64,000 nt of DNA from a virus. Within the stretch, counting starts at the first letter, position 1, and each line of letters begins with the position of its first letter. A program made the translations under genes and the position numbers. Shown in pieces: positions 50,592 to 60,596 of the stretch. Below the pieces are notes generated by a model. That model was not told the origin of the DNA. It was given only the letters and a program-made list of their open reading frames with translations, and did not search any database. The DNA lies in IMG/VR virus record IMGVR_UViG_3300023174_000063, one strand, 5' to 3'.

Positions 50592-51158
50592 GTGCTAGCA
50601 CTCGGTTTAGACATTTCAACTAGTTGCACAGGATGGTGCATTATCGAATTCGATCAATCATCTGTCACGTCAATGTCAATGGGCGCTTTGCGCCTAGACA
50701 ACATCGAAAAAACTTATCAAAAAGCAAATGTTGTTAGAGACTTCTTCCTCTCAGTTAAGACAAGAAATTTTGATAAAATTTTTATAGAAGAGAATCTGCA
50801 ATCATTTTCTTCAGGGCTCAGCTCTGCGCAGACGCTTGTTACGTTAGCAAGATTTAATGGAATTATATCCTATATATCAGAAAACGTGCTCGGAGTTTCA
50901 CCTACATTTATAAATGTCAATACAGCAAGGAATTCCTTGGGACTCAAAACTATCAAAGAAAAAGTTTCAGGAATTCCTTTAAAAGAACAGGTTCATAATT
51001 GGGTTAAAAACGATCATATTCGTCGAAACTTAACAGTCGAGTGGCCCACAAAATGTCTCAAGTCAGGCTCAAGAAAAGGACAAGTGGTACTTGATAGCAG
51101 CGCATTTGATATGTCTGATGCATACGTCATCGCTTTAGCAGGATTGATAGCACTATAA
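50592..51158 (+). CDS. ruvC: RuvC-like Holliday junction resolvase
   Basis: LGLDISTSCTGW, IFIEE, LARFNG and FDMSDAYVIA give the RNase H-fold acidic tetrad. Confidence 0.8.
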   Translation: MLALGLDISTSCTGWCIIEFDQSSVTSMSMGALRLDNIEKTYQKANVVRDFFLSVKTRNFDKIFIEENLQSFSSGLSSAQTLVTLARFNGIISYISENVLGVSPTFINVNTARNSLGLKTIKEKVSGIPLKEQVHNWVKNDHIRRNLTVEWPTKCLKSGSRKGQVVLDSSAFDMSDAYVIALAGLIAL

Positions 51159-51179
51159 AACAACAAGTTTGATATGCCA

Positions 51180-51208
51180 TTGTACACATTTTCTTAGCCT
51201 CATACAAT
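51180..51208 (+). promoter_or_regulatory. Putative sigma70-type promoter TTGTAC-N17-TACAAT (TGTACA-N16)
   Basis: Intergenic; the -10 box ends 7 nt before the primase ATG. Confidence 0.55.
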
Positions 51209-51215
51209 ATGAGAG

Positions 51216-52199
51216 ATGAGTGCTACTTCAATCGATAAAATTTCCCTTCTGACACGATCTTTCGGGAGTATTGAGGTTTGTCGAGATGACACTAATGTTA
51301 CGGCTCTTTGCCCTATTTGTGCCAAACAGGGTTCCTCAAAGAAAAAGCTTTCAATTAGATTAGATGATGGACGCTATCATTGCTGGGTTTGTGGCAGCAA
51401 AGGTAGAACAATCGTACATTTGATCAAGAAGTATCATCCAAACTTTATTGAAGAAGCAAAAAAATACTTTAAAATTAAAGGTGGCAACTTTGATCTCTTT
51501 GGCGAAGAAGAAACTCCTGAAGTCGCTGAGGAAAAAGTTGAAGTGCCTGAAGATTTTCGACTTCTTGGAACACTCTTGGAGTCCAAGAGTCCTGATGTGC
51601 GCGCTGTTTTGCAATATTGCTCCTCTAGAGGCTTAAGCGTAAGAGATCTGTGGTACTACAAACTAGGCATCAGCTCTGAAACTAGGTTTAATAGACGAGT
51701 CATTATTCCTTCATTTGATGATGCGGGTATTATTAATTTTTATTCGGCGAGGTCAATTGATAAAGTTCGCAGAATGAAGTATTTGAACGCATCAATTCAG
51801 AAAACAAAAATAATTTTTAATGAGATCAATATCGATTGGTCAAAAGAACTTGCTCTAGTTGAAGGCCCATTTGACTTAATGAAGTGCGACGAGAACTCAA
51901 CGTGCCTTTTAGGGTCGCAGCTATCTAAAGAATCAAAACTATTTAGACAGATCGTTAGAAACCAGACGCCCATTGTGCTTGCACTTGATCCTGACGCAAT
52001 TCAAAAGACGCATAAGATTGCAGCAGAACTCACTTCATTTGGAGTTAGTGTAAAACTAGCTTCCATACCTGAAGACAAAGACGTTGGTGACATGACTCAC
52101 GAAGAATTTTCTTCAATTAGAAAAAATTCAAAAATTTGGAACACTGACTCTCGACTTTTTACAATGATTGCGTCTATCAAGAGTGGATCACTAATTTAA
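51216..52199 (+). CDS. dnaG: DnaG-type DNA primase (Zn finger plus TOPRIM)
   Basis: CPIC...YHCWVC, RVIIPSFD, YSARSI, KYLN, LVEGPFD, ALDPDA and KDVGD. Confidence 0.88.
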   Translation: MSATSIDKISLLTRSFGSIEVCRDDTNVTALCPICAKQGSSKKKLSIRLDDGRYHCWVCGSKGRTIVHLIKKYHPNFIEEAKKYFKIKGGNFDLFGEEETPEVAEEKVEVPEDFRLLGTLLESKSPDVRAVLQYCSSRGLSVRDLWYYKLGISSETRFNRRVIIPSFDDAGIINFYSARSIDKVRRMKYLNASIQKTKIIFNEINIDWSKELALVEGPFDLMKCDENSTCLLGSQLSKESKLFRQIVRNQTPIVLALDPDAIQKTHKIAAELTSFGVSVKLASIPEDKDVGDMTHEEFSSIRKNSKIWNTDSRLFTMIASIKSGSLI

Positions 52200-52210
52200 G
52201 AGGAGACAAA

Positions 52211-55200
52211 ATGAGTTTTCGATGTCTACATATGAGCGATATTCACTGGCGTGGCCTTACACGACACGAAGAGTATAAAGAGGCTTTTGTACGCCTAATT
52301 GACAAGGCTAAAAATCTCTCTCCAGATGTAATTTTCATCGGCGGTGATATTGTTCACTCCAAGACACAGGGTATTTCTCCTGAGCTCATTGACTGCCTGA
52401 ACTGGTGGTTCACCAGCATGGCAGAAGTTTGCCCAGTCCACGTTGTGCTTGGGAATCATGACGGTTTGCTTATGAACAAAGATCGTCAAGATGCAATTAC
52501 GCCTATCATTAGAGCACTAGCAAATCCAAATATTTTTCTTTACAAAGATTCCGGAACGTACCCGACAGGCATTAAAGGCTACAACTGGTGTGTTTTCTCA
52601 TGCTTCGATGTCGAAGGCTGGTCAAATGTCAAGCCTGTTGCCGGAGAAGTCAATATTGCAACTTTCCACGGATCCGTTCGAGGCTCGCTGTCTGATCTAG
52701 ACTGGGCGGTTGAAGATGAAGTTGATGTCGACTTCTTTGGTGCATTTGACTTTGCAATGCTCGGTGACATCCATAAATTTCAGTTTCTTAATGGAAAAAA
52801 GACAATTGCCTATCCTGGTTCTCTAATTCAACAAAATTACGGTGAATCTGTTACAAAGGGCTTTCTTTTTTGGGATATTAAGGGGCCAAATGACTTTGAT
52901 GTCACATTTCATGAACTCGCAAATGAATATCCTTTCATAACAATTGATTGGTCTGGCGACACAGATGCGACAATCGCAGAATCTAAAAAATATCCAGATC
53001 GTGCGCGCTTTAGAGTTAGGACACTAGTCCCTATTACACAAGCAGAAATAAAACTTCTGTACAGTTCGCTTAAGGACCTTAAACATGCGACAGAGATTGT
53101 GTTTAAGAGTGAGATGCAAGTTGACGCATCAGTTTTTCAAACAGACAGAGGAATACTTCGAGCACAAGATCTACGTGATGTAAATACACAGATTTCTTTG
53201 ATGCGTGACTTCTATAAAGACGTCAAGATTAATGATGAAGAGAGGAATAGAATCGATGCGCTAGTCCAGCGTTACACTCAGTCTGCTTCAAAGTCTGATA
53301 CAACAAGAAACATTAAGTGGTCAATTAAGAAGCTTGAATTTGATAATATGTTTGCATATGGCAAAGGCAATGTTATCAATTTTGATGACTTGAATGGTGT
53401 CACCGGTATTTTTGGCAGAAATAGAGCAGGAAAGTCATCAATTCCCGGGACGCTCATGTATACGCTCTTCAATACGACCGATCGTGGCCCGATGAGCAAT
53501 CTACATGTCATCAATTCTCGCAAAGGACATTGCCAAACAAAGCTTACACTTAGCGCAGATGGAAAAAATTACGTCGTCGAACGCCAATCAGTCAAGAAGA
53601 CCAATAAGGCAGGTGATGAAAGCGCTTTGACGCATGTCAATCTCTATGAAGTCGATAATATGGGTAACTGTATTAAAGATCTAAACGGTGAGCAGCGTCG
53701 CGAAACAGATACACTTCTGCGATCTATCGTTGGAACGTCTGAGGACTTTTTGCTTACTTCCTTGGCCGCGCAAGGAAGCATGAATAACTTTATTTCCAAC
53801 AAGGCAACACAGCGCAAGTCTATCTTGACAAAGTTTCTTGATCTCGAGATATTTGATGAGATGCATTCACGTGCCAAGGAGGACTCAAGCGTCATCAAGG
53901 CAAAACTTTCTGACATCCCTGATCGTAATTGGGATGCACTGATTGATGCGTGTCGGCAGCGTCGTGATGACTTTGAAGTCCAAAGATCTTCGCTCGAGGC
54001 AAAAATTGCAACTCTTCGAAGTCACCTAGATGAAATTAAAATACAGCATGCCACCAGCGACAGCAAGAATGTTGTCACGCAAGCAGATATTGAAGGACAA
54101 GAGAAGTTAATCGAGGGACTTGTGCTTTCGATTGCAGGACAAGAAAAATTAATTGCCGATTCTCTAGAGCAGATTAACAAGCTCAATGATAAAATTAATA
54201 CCATCGCAAAAATGAAGAGTGAATTTCCTATCAAGGATTTGCGTGATCGTTTATCTGCGCAGCAAGATCTAGAAAGAACGATTGTTTCACTTAGTCACTC
54301 TCACGAAAGTGAAAAGCAGAAGCTAAAGACGATTGAGAAGTCTATTAAGCTTCTTGATGAAGTGCCGTGCGGAGATAGCTTCCCAACATGTAAATTCATC
54401 AAGGACTCGCATAAAAACAAGAAGTCATTGCCCGATCAGATACGTCACGTTGATGAGACGCTTGACAAGCTCAAGGCTGCAAAGAAATCTTTGACAGTGC
54501 TGCAGTCAGAAGATTTGGTTTCTCGTCTAGAGAAATATGATGAGATCCTCAAAAAAGAGACAGATATGCACATAAAGTCCGGACGACTCAACTTGGACTT
54601 ACAGACATTTACCCAGCAGCTTTCTTCTATGAATCACACTCTTGAGGAATCTAGAAGAAAACTCACGACAATGAGGCTCAACGTTGCAACTGAAGAGACA
54701 GCTGTAAAGATTTCGAGTGTTCGACGTGAAATTCAGCGTCTTACAGATGAAATGAATTCTTTTGATGCACAGCGACTCAAAGTGTCTGAGCAGATCGGTC
54801 AAAACGAGTCAGATATTTTAAGATACGAAGCCGAGAGAGTCAAGTACAGTGATCTTATTGTGCAATGGCGGGCTTATGAGCTCTTCATTGAAGCTGTATC
54901 ACATCGCGGCATTCCCTTGAAGATTATGTCAACCCAGCTGCCTGTTATCAACTTGGAAATTTCAAAAATTTTGCAAGGAGTTGTTGGTTTTACAGTTGAG
55001 CTTGAGTCAACTCCCGGCACTAACGACATGGAAATTTACATTAATTACGGCGATTCTAGGCGAGTAATTGAGTGCGGATCAGGAATGGAAAAGATGATGG
55101 CTTCACTGGCTATTCGTGTTGCTCTAATTAATATATCGTCTCTTCCCCGCGCCGACCTCTTGATTATCGATGAAGGTTTTGGCGCTCTTGATGAAACAAA

Positions 55201-55360
55201 TGTTGAATCCTGTAATCGATTGCTAGCATCTTTCAAGAAGTGGTTTAGAAATATTTTGGTAATCTCTCACGTTGATGCTGTAAAAGATGCTGTTGACAAT
55301 GTTTTAGATATTACGCATCACAATATGGACTCTAGAATTATTTATGAAAAAAATATCTAA
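52211..55360 (+). CDS. Fused Mre11/SbcD phosphoesterase - Rad50/SbcC ATPase (gp47-gp46 equivalent)
   Basis: SDIH, GGDIVH, GNHD, FHG, GDIH and YPGS, then Walker A GRNRAGKSS, Q-loop AAQG, coiled coil, GSGMEK, IIDEGFGALD and VISH. Confidence 0.92.
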   Translation: MSFRCLHMSDIHWRGLTRHEEYKEAFVRLIDKAKNLSPDVIFIGGDIVHSKTQGISPELIDCLNWWFTSMAEVCPVHVVLGNHDGLLMNKDRQDAITPIIRALANPNIFLYKDSGTYPTGIKGYNWCVFSCFDVEGWSNVKPVAGEVNIATFHGSVRGSLSDLDWAVEDEVDVDFFGAFDFAMLGDIHKFQFLNGKKTIAYPGSLIQQNYGESVTKGFLFWDIKGPNDFDVTFHELANEYPFITIDWSGDTDATIAESKKYPDRARFRVRTLVPITQAEIKLLYSSLKDLKHATEIVFKSEMQVDASVFQTDRGILRAQDLRDVNTQISLMRDFYKDVKINDEERNRIDALVQRYTQSASKSDTTRNIKWSIKKLEFDNMFAYGKGNVINFDDLNGVTGIFGRNRAGKSSIPGTLMYTLFNTTDRGPMSNLHVINSRKGHCQTKLTLSADGKNYVVERQSVKKTNKAGDESALTHVNLYEVDNMGNCIKDLNGEQRRETDTLLRSIVGTSEDFLLTSLAAQGSMNNFISNKATQRKSILTKFLDLEIFDEMHSRAKEDSSVIKAKLSDIPDRNWDALIDACRQRRDDFEVQRSSLEAKIATLRSHLDEIKIQHATSDSKNVVTQADIEGQEKLIEGLVLSIAGQEKLIADSLEQINKLNDKINTIAKMKSEFPIKDLRDRLSAQQDLERTIVSLSHSHESEKQKLKTIEKSIKLLDEVPCGDSFPTCKFIKDSHKNKKSLPDQIRHVDETLDKLKAAKKSLTVLQSEDLVSRLEKYDEILKKETDMHIKSGRLNLDLQTFTQQLSSMNHTLEESRRKLTTMRLNVATEETAVKISSVRREIQRLTDEMNSFDAQRLKVSEQIGQNESDILRYEAERVKYSDLIVQWRAYELFIEAVSHRGIPLKIMSTQLPVINLEISKILQGVVGFTVELESTPGTNDMEIYINYGDSRRVIECGSGMEKMMASLAIRVALINISSLPRADLLIIDEGFGALDETNVESCNRLLASFKKWFRNILVISHVDAVKDAVDNVLDITHHNMDSRIIYEKNI

Positions 55361-55625
55361 TCGCATCGATAGTTTAACGCCTCAAGATGATGATGTAGTT
55401 CCACTAGACTGCCCAGTCTGTCTCCTTCTCATGAGAGATGCATCTGATGCAAATGCTTTTAGGGCGTTTTCTTGCTGTGCAGAGTGTAAATTAATTTGGG
55501 CAGAGCCAAATGAAAAAATTTGGCTAGAAGGGTGGCGACCAAGTGTTGAGCAGCTCAATAATTATAGACACAAACTAAATCAACATCCTACATATTTATT
55601 GAGCAGTAATTTCAGGAGTCAATAA
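55344..55625 (+). CDS. Small Cys-rich (putative Zn-binding) protein
   Basis: CPVC...CCAEC; overlaps the end of the Mre11-Rad50 gene. Confidence 0.6.
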   Translation: MKKISNRIDSLTPQDDDVVPLDCPVCLLLMRDASDANAFRAFSCCAECKLIWAEPNEKIWLEGWRPSVEQLNNYRHKLNQHPTYLLSSNFRSQ

Positions 55626-56032
55626 TGCAAAGCGATTTAGAGGTTTTAAGCACAATACTTAATACTACGTTTGGTAAGTCATCGTCTAATAGCGGAACAA
55701 GGTCGATAACAGCATCTTTTAAGGGTGGTGAGGATGGATCACCTGAGCTAAGTCTTCGCTTCCAGACAATTTTTCACTTTGCTGCAGCTGACAAATATCG
55801 ACAGCAGCATACTTTGCGTGAACAAACAAATCGCGCGATTGATGAGGCTGCGCAGCTTGTCAATGAAAGAGTCAAAACGCTTAAGTCGCTCTTTAAAGAG
55901 ATTACCGGCAAAAATCTTAAGATCAAAGAGATTGATTATAGCGACAACGTTGAATTTTTGCCAAGCACAATGCAAGCTCAAAGAAAAACTGCATATTATC
56001 GAAGAACGTACAGGTTTAGCATTTTGAGCTAA
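55625..56032 (+). CDS. Hypothetical protein
   Basis: 135 aa, AGGAG SD, ATATTTA at 55592; immediately upstream of terL. Confidence 0.65.
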   Translation: MQSDLEVLSTILNTTFGKSSSNSGTRSITASFKGGEDGSPELSLRFQTIFHFAAADKYRQQHTLREQTNRAIDEAAQLVNERVKTLKSLFKEITGKNLKIKEIDYSDNVEFLPSTMQAQRKTAYYRRTYRFSILS

Positions 56033-56033
56033 T

Positions 56034-57623
56034 ATGACAATTATTTCAAAGCAGCACCAGGTTTCTGAAATTATTCGCTGCGGCAAAGATCCAGCGTATT
56101 TCATGAACAGGTACCTGAAAATTCAGCACCCAACGCGCGGTCTGATTCCGTTTAAAACGTATAAATTTCAGGATGATTGCGTTCAATCATTTAATGATCA
56201 TCGCTTTAATATCATACTCAAGTCTAGACAGCTAGGTCTTTCTACGCTTGTAGCAGCATATGCAATCTGGATGGCTGTTTTCTTTAAAGAAAAAAATATC
56301 CTAGTAATTGCCACAAAACTTTCTGTTGCACAAAACTTTATTAAAAAAATTAAAGTTGGTGTTCGCAATATGCCTAAATGGCTCTTGCTACCAGAAATTA
56401 TTGGAGATAATAAGCAGGCACTAGAATTTAGTAATGGCTCAAGCATCAAGGCCGTGCCTACATCAGATGACGCTGGTCGCTCAGAAGCTCTTTCTCTCCT
56501 GATTATTGATGAGGCGGCGTTCATTAGGAACTTTGATGAAATTTTTACCGGTCTCTATCCGACACTTTCAACCGGCGGTCGCGCGATTATTTTGTCGACG
56601 CCTAACGGTGTCGGTGGGCAGTACCATGAGCTTTGGGTTAATGCTATTTCAAAAAAGAATGAGTTTAATCCAGTCAAGTTGCCATGGGATGTACATCCAG
56701 ACAGGGATGATGCATGGTTTGAAAATGAATGTAAAAATCTAACTAAGAAACAAATTGCGCAAGAGCTTCTTTGTGACTTTGCAGCATCAGGTGATACTGT
56801 TCTTAACATCAATGATATTGAGTGGCTTGGAGCAAATATTAAGCGGCCGCTCGAACGGTGGGGCCCTGAAATGGATGCTTGGGTATGGAAATACTCTCTT
56901 GCGTCGCATCAGTACATTATTTCTGCAGATGTTTCACGTGGTGATGCAAATGACTGCAGTACATTTCATGTAATTGACACTGGCGAGTCTGAAGTCGTCT
57001 GTGAGTTTAAGGGGCGAGCGCCCCCTGATCAATTTGCTTCTATTCTTGCTGAGGCGGGCAAAAGATACAATAACGCACTGATTTGTCCAGAAAACAACAC
57101 ATTTGGTTATGCGGTCATCATGAAGCTCAAAGAGCTTGGCTATAAGAATCTCTACTATAGAAATGAAAAAGACAAGTATAATGCGCTCTACGGTGGCGAA
57201 GTAGACATTTCTAAAATAGGATTTTCGACTCAAGCACAATCTAGAAATCAAATTTTGACAAAGCTCGAGCAAGTCATTAGAAATAGAGAAATTAAGACAT
57301 ATTCATCTAGGCTCTATGAAGAAGCTAAAACATTTGTCTGGCATGGTAATAAAGCGCAGGCGCACAAAGGCTTTAATGATGACTTAATCATGTCTTTAGC
57401 AATTGGCGTCTGGATTTATGAAACGTCTCCAGTAAATAGCAAGTCATCATATGACATTAACAAGGCAATGTTACAGGGCTTTGCCGTCAATAGCACACAA
57501 GATATCCCGAAGAACCCATTGTCAGGTTACAGGAACAATCCATTTGCACCTGTCTTTGTAGAAAATATTCCCAACAAAGGTGATAAAAAATCAGAACTTA
57601 ATGATTTTAAGTGGCTCCTTTGA
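56034..57623 (+). CDS. terL: Terminase large subunit (T4 gp17-like)
   Basis: C.KDPAYF, YKFQ, KSRQLGLST (Walker A), GRSEA, LIIDEAAF (Walker B), STPNG, QELLCDF, SADVSRG and DDLIMSLA. Confidence 0.95.
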   Translation: MTIISKQHQVSEIIRCGKDPAYFMNRYLKIQHPTRGLIPFKTYKFQDDCVQSFNDHRFNIILKSRQLGLSTLVAAYAIWMAVFFKEKNILVIATKLSVAQNFIKKIKVGVRNMPKWLLLPEIIGDNKQALEFSNGSSIKAVPTSDDAGRSEALSLLIIDEAAFIRNFDEIFTGLYPTLSTGGRAIILSTPNGVGGQYHELWVNAISKKNEFNPVKLPWDVHPDRDDAWFENECKNLTKKQIAQELLCDFAASGDTVLNINDIEWLGANIKRPLERWGPEMDAWVWKYSLASHQYIISADVSRGDANDCSTFHVIDTGESEVVCEFKGRAPPDQFASILAEAGKRYNNALICPENNTFGYAVIMKLKELGYKNLYYRNEKDKYNALYGGEVDISKIGFSTQAQSRNQILTKLEQVIRNREIKTYSSRLYEEAKTFVWHGNKAQAHKGFNDDLIMSLAIGVWIYETSPVNSKSSYDINKAMLQGFAVNSTQDIPKNPLSGYRNNPFAPVFVENIPNKGDKKSELNDFKWLL

Positions 57624-57691
57624 TGACTATTTAAAAATTACTGTATGCGATATATTATTAAAGCAATATGAGCTAAAGGTGGTGGCATGTC

Positions 57692-59749
57692 ATGAAAAAA
57701 GAGAGAAGTTTATTTTCACGTCTTACGAAGCTCTTTCGTTCAGGACCTGTCGTCAAGAGGAAGATTAGAAATCCTGAAAGCAAATCTTCATCATTTGCCT
57801 CGACGCTAGAGATCTTTAAGCGATCTCACAGCGACGTCTATAGCAGCACGCTTTCGGCATACGGCTCCTACGATAGAATGTCTCGATACAGCGACTTTGC
57901 CGAAATGGAGGCGACGCCTGAGATTTCTTCTGCGCTAGACATATATGCAGAAGAATGTGCCGCAGCAGACGACAAAGGTCGTGTTTTACACATCTATTCA
58001 GACAACAGAAAAATTAAAGAAATCCTTGAGACGTTGTTTCATGACACGCTAAACATTGAATTCAATCTTTCGATGTGGGTCAGAAACCTCTGCAAGTACG
58101 GTGATTTCTTCCTTTTCAATGATGTACACCCTGAGTATGGCGTGACTAATGCCTACCCAATTCCTATTTCAGAGATGGAAAGAGAAGAGGGTTTTGACAA
58201 GGATGACCCGTCTGCCGTTAGATTTCGTTGGATTTCTCAAGGAAATCAAGTCTTAGAAAACTGGCAAGTCACTCATATGCGCCTTTTAGGCAATGATGCA
58301 TTTTTGCCATACGGTTCATCTGTTCTAGAGGGAGCAAGAAGAATTTGGCGTCAATTGATTCTTATTGAAGACGCCATGCTTGTCTATCGTGTCGTTAGGT
58401 CGCCAGACAGAAGAGTCTTCTATATTGATGTCGGTAATGTCCCCCCAGAAGAGGTTGGAAATTATTTGGAGCAGGCTAAGACGGCACTTAAGCGTAATCA
58501 GATTATTGATAGAAATTCTGGAAGAGTTGACTTGCGCTACAATCCCATGAGCGTCGACGAAGATTACTACTTGCCTGTCAGAGGAAGTGAATCTGGAACA
58601 AAAATTGATACTCTTGCAGGCGGCACAAATGCTGCTGCAATTGAAGATGTTCAATATATCCAGAAAAAGCTTTTTTCTGCGCTCAAAATTCCAAAAGCAT
58701 ATCTTGGATATGATGAAGATATTGGCGCCAAAGCTACATTAGCTCAAGAAGACATTAGATTTTCTAGAACAATTGCGCGTATTCAGAAGACAATTATTGC
58801 TGAATTAAACAAGATTGCAATGATTCATCTTTATATTAATGGTTACGACAGTGAAGATCTTGTTGATTTTGAGTTAAGACTCTCAAATCCCTCGTCTATC
58901 GCACAGCAGCAAAAGCTAGAATTGATTAAAATGAGATTTGAAATAGCAAGCGGTGCACCCGAAGGTCTTGTGAGCAAGACTTACTTGCGCAAAAACATTC
59001 TAGAAATGACTGACGAGCAAATTGAGCAAATTCGCAAGGAGCGCATTAAAGACACAGATGAAGAAAAGGGCGTTGAAGTTGGAAGTCAAGCAGGGCCCGC
59101 AGGCTCTGAGGCTCCAGCTGATGCCGGCGGTGGCGCAACAGACATGTTCGGCGGTGGCGGTGGCGGTGGCGGCGAAGCGGCTCCAGCCGGTGGGGGTGAA
59201 GAAGCCGCCGGCGGAGACCTTTTCTCAGGCGCAGTTAAGCCAGGAGATCTCCTCAAGACCGCTCCTAAAAAACTAAGCATTGCTGCTGAATCACCCGCAG
59301 AACTCTTTGATGATGATGATGAATTAGATGAAGATGTTCTTATTAATGTCGACATTGATGACAAACCAATTAAGCCGACAAATAGAACACAACGTGGAGA
59401 AAAAGGCGGTCATGGGCGAAAGGGCGGCGAAAATAAATTAACAAGTGCAGTTAATGCAAAAGTTAATATTAGCGGCATGCTTAGAAATTCAACAAAGAAC
59501 GACAAAGATGTTTTTGGAATTTCAGGAAGCACATTTGAAGCTTTCGAAAGAGACCCATTTGATCAATTTCTAGAAAAAAGTGAATTTCAGCAGACAAGAA
59601 TGACAAGAGATGCAGAATCTTTGCTTCAGAAGATGAAAAATGGATTACGTTTGCAAAAGAAAGCCATACTTAGAGAAGGTAATGAGTCACATGAGAGACT
59701 TGAGAAGCTTCGTCTAATTGATCTCATAGGTGCCGGAGATGATGAATAA
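57692..59749 (+). CDS. Portal protein (T4 gp20-like)
   Basis: PEISSALDIYAEE, LIEDAMLVYRVVRSPDRRVFYIDVGNVPP, EDYYLPVRG, IDTLAGG and LFSALKIPKAYL. Confidence 0.95.
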   Translation: MKKERSLFSRLTKLFRSGPVVKRKIRNPESKSSSFASTLEIFKRSHSDVYSSTLSAYGSYDRMSRYSDFAEMEATPEISSALDIYAEECAAADDKGRVLHIYSDNRKIKEILETLFHDTLNIEFNLSMWVRNLCKYGDFFLFNDVHPEYGVTNAYPIPISEMEREEGFDKDDPSAVRFRWISQGNQVLENWQVTHMRLLGNDAFLPYGSSVLEGARRIWRQLILIEDAMLVYRVVRSPDRRVFYIDVGNVPPEEVGNYLEQAKTALKRNQIIDRNSGRVDLRYNPMSVDEDYYLPVRGSESGTKIDTLAGGTNAAAIEDVQYIQKKLFSALKIPKAYLGYDEDIGAKATLAQEDIRFSRTIARIQKTIIAELNKIAMIHLYINGYDSEDLVDFELRLSNPSSIAQQQKLELIKMRFEIASGAPEGLVSKTYLRKNILEMTDEQIEQIRKERIKDTDEEKGVEVGSQAGPAGSEAPADAGGGATDMFGGGGGGGGEAAPAGGGEEAAGGDLFSGAVKPGDLLKTAPKKLSIAAESPAELFDDDDELDEDVLINVDIDDKPIKPTNRTQRGEKGGHGRKGGENKLTSAVNAKVNISGMLRNSTKNDKDVFGISGSTFEAFERDPFDQFLEKSEFQQTRMTRDAESLLQKMKNGLRLQKKAILREGNESHERLEKLRLIDLIGAGDDE

Positions 59750-60596
59750 AAAAACAACGCATAACAAGAAGCGCAATGTTGGCATTATTTATGAGCAACT
59801 AATGCGAAAGATTTCAGAGCACATTGTCGATGGTGACAATGAAAGTGCAATTAAAGTTGTTAATATCGTTAAAAAACATTTTAAGCCAGGCACTGAGCTC
59901 TACAAAGAATTTCGTCTATTTAATGCTCTCGTAAAAACACAGGTTTCTTCTAGCGAAATTGCTGCTAAGATTCTTGTCGAAGCAAGAGAAGCTGCAAAAG
60001 ATCACAACAGTGTCAAATTAATGCAAGAAAAATCAAGACTTATCAAGGAAATTAATCACACAATTTCTAGTCGAGATTTCTACACAACAAGAGTTCCAGA
60101 GTACAGAACTTATGCAACAATTCAGACACTGATGAATGATTGGCGCGACACAAGGACTAGCGATATTTCTAGAATCGCGATTTTTGAAGACAAGATTCAC
60201 AGCTGGCTTCTTGAACCCAAGTCTAATTTAAATGTTAGCGAGCTTAAGACTGAAAATGTTGACAACCTCGTCGTAAGCGTAATGAGAGAAAAATTAAATA
60301 AAAAGTATGAGACTATTTTGACACCTAAGCAGATGGTTCTTGTTAAAGAGCATGCGCTGAGAGAGTCAAATGGTGATAATTTTACCAAATATCTTGGCAG
60401 CGTCATTAATGAGTCACTCAAGGGTCTCGCTGATTACAAGAGATCGTGCAAGAGCTCTTTTGTCGAGGCAAAAATTCCAGGAGTTACATCTCTAATTGAG
60501 TCATTAAATCCCGGCGATCACAGCGATGGAAATATTGCCAAGTTTATGACTGTTCTCAAGCTTTGTGACGAAATCACAGGGGGCAAAGATGAATAA
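59739..60596 (+). CDS. Head-associated hypothetical protein
   Basis: HNKKRNVGIIYEQL...; lies between portal and protease, with short ATG...TAA overlaps at both ends. Confidence 0.6.
   Translation: MMNKKTTHNKKRNVGIIYEQLMRKISEHIVDGDNESAIKVVNIVKKHFKPGTELYKEFRLFNALVKTQVSSSEIAAKILVEAREAAKDHNSVKLMQEKSRLIKEINHTISSRDFYTTRVPEYRTYATIQTLMNDWRDTRTSDISRIAIFEDKIHSWLLEPKSNLNVSELKTENVDNLVVSVMREKLNKKYETILTPKQMVLVKEHALRESNGDNFTKYLGSVINESLKGLADYKRSCKSSFVEAKIPGVTSLIESLNPGDHSDGNIAKFMTVLKLCDEITGGKDE

Noticed and set aside
51216-59749. Inteins, introns or homing endonucleases in primase, terminase or portal
   Set aside because: Core motifs are contiguous at normal spacing; no intein splice-junction, LAGLIDADG or HNH signatures seen.
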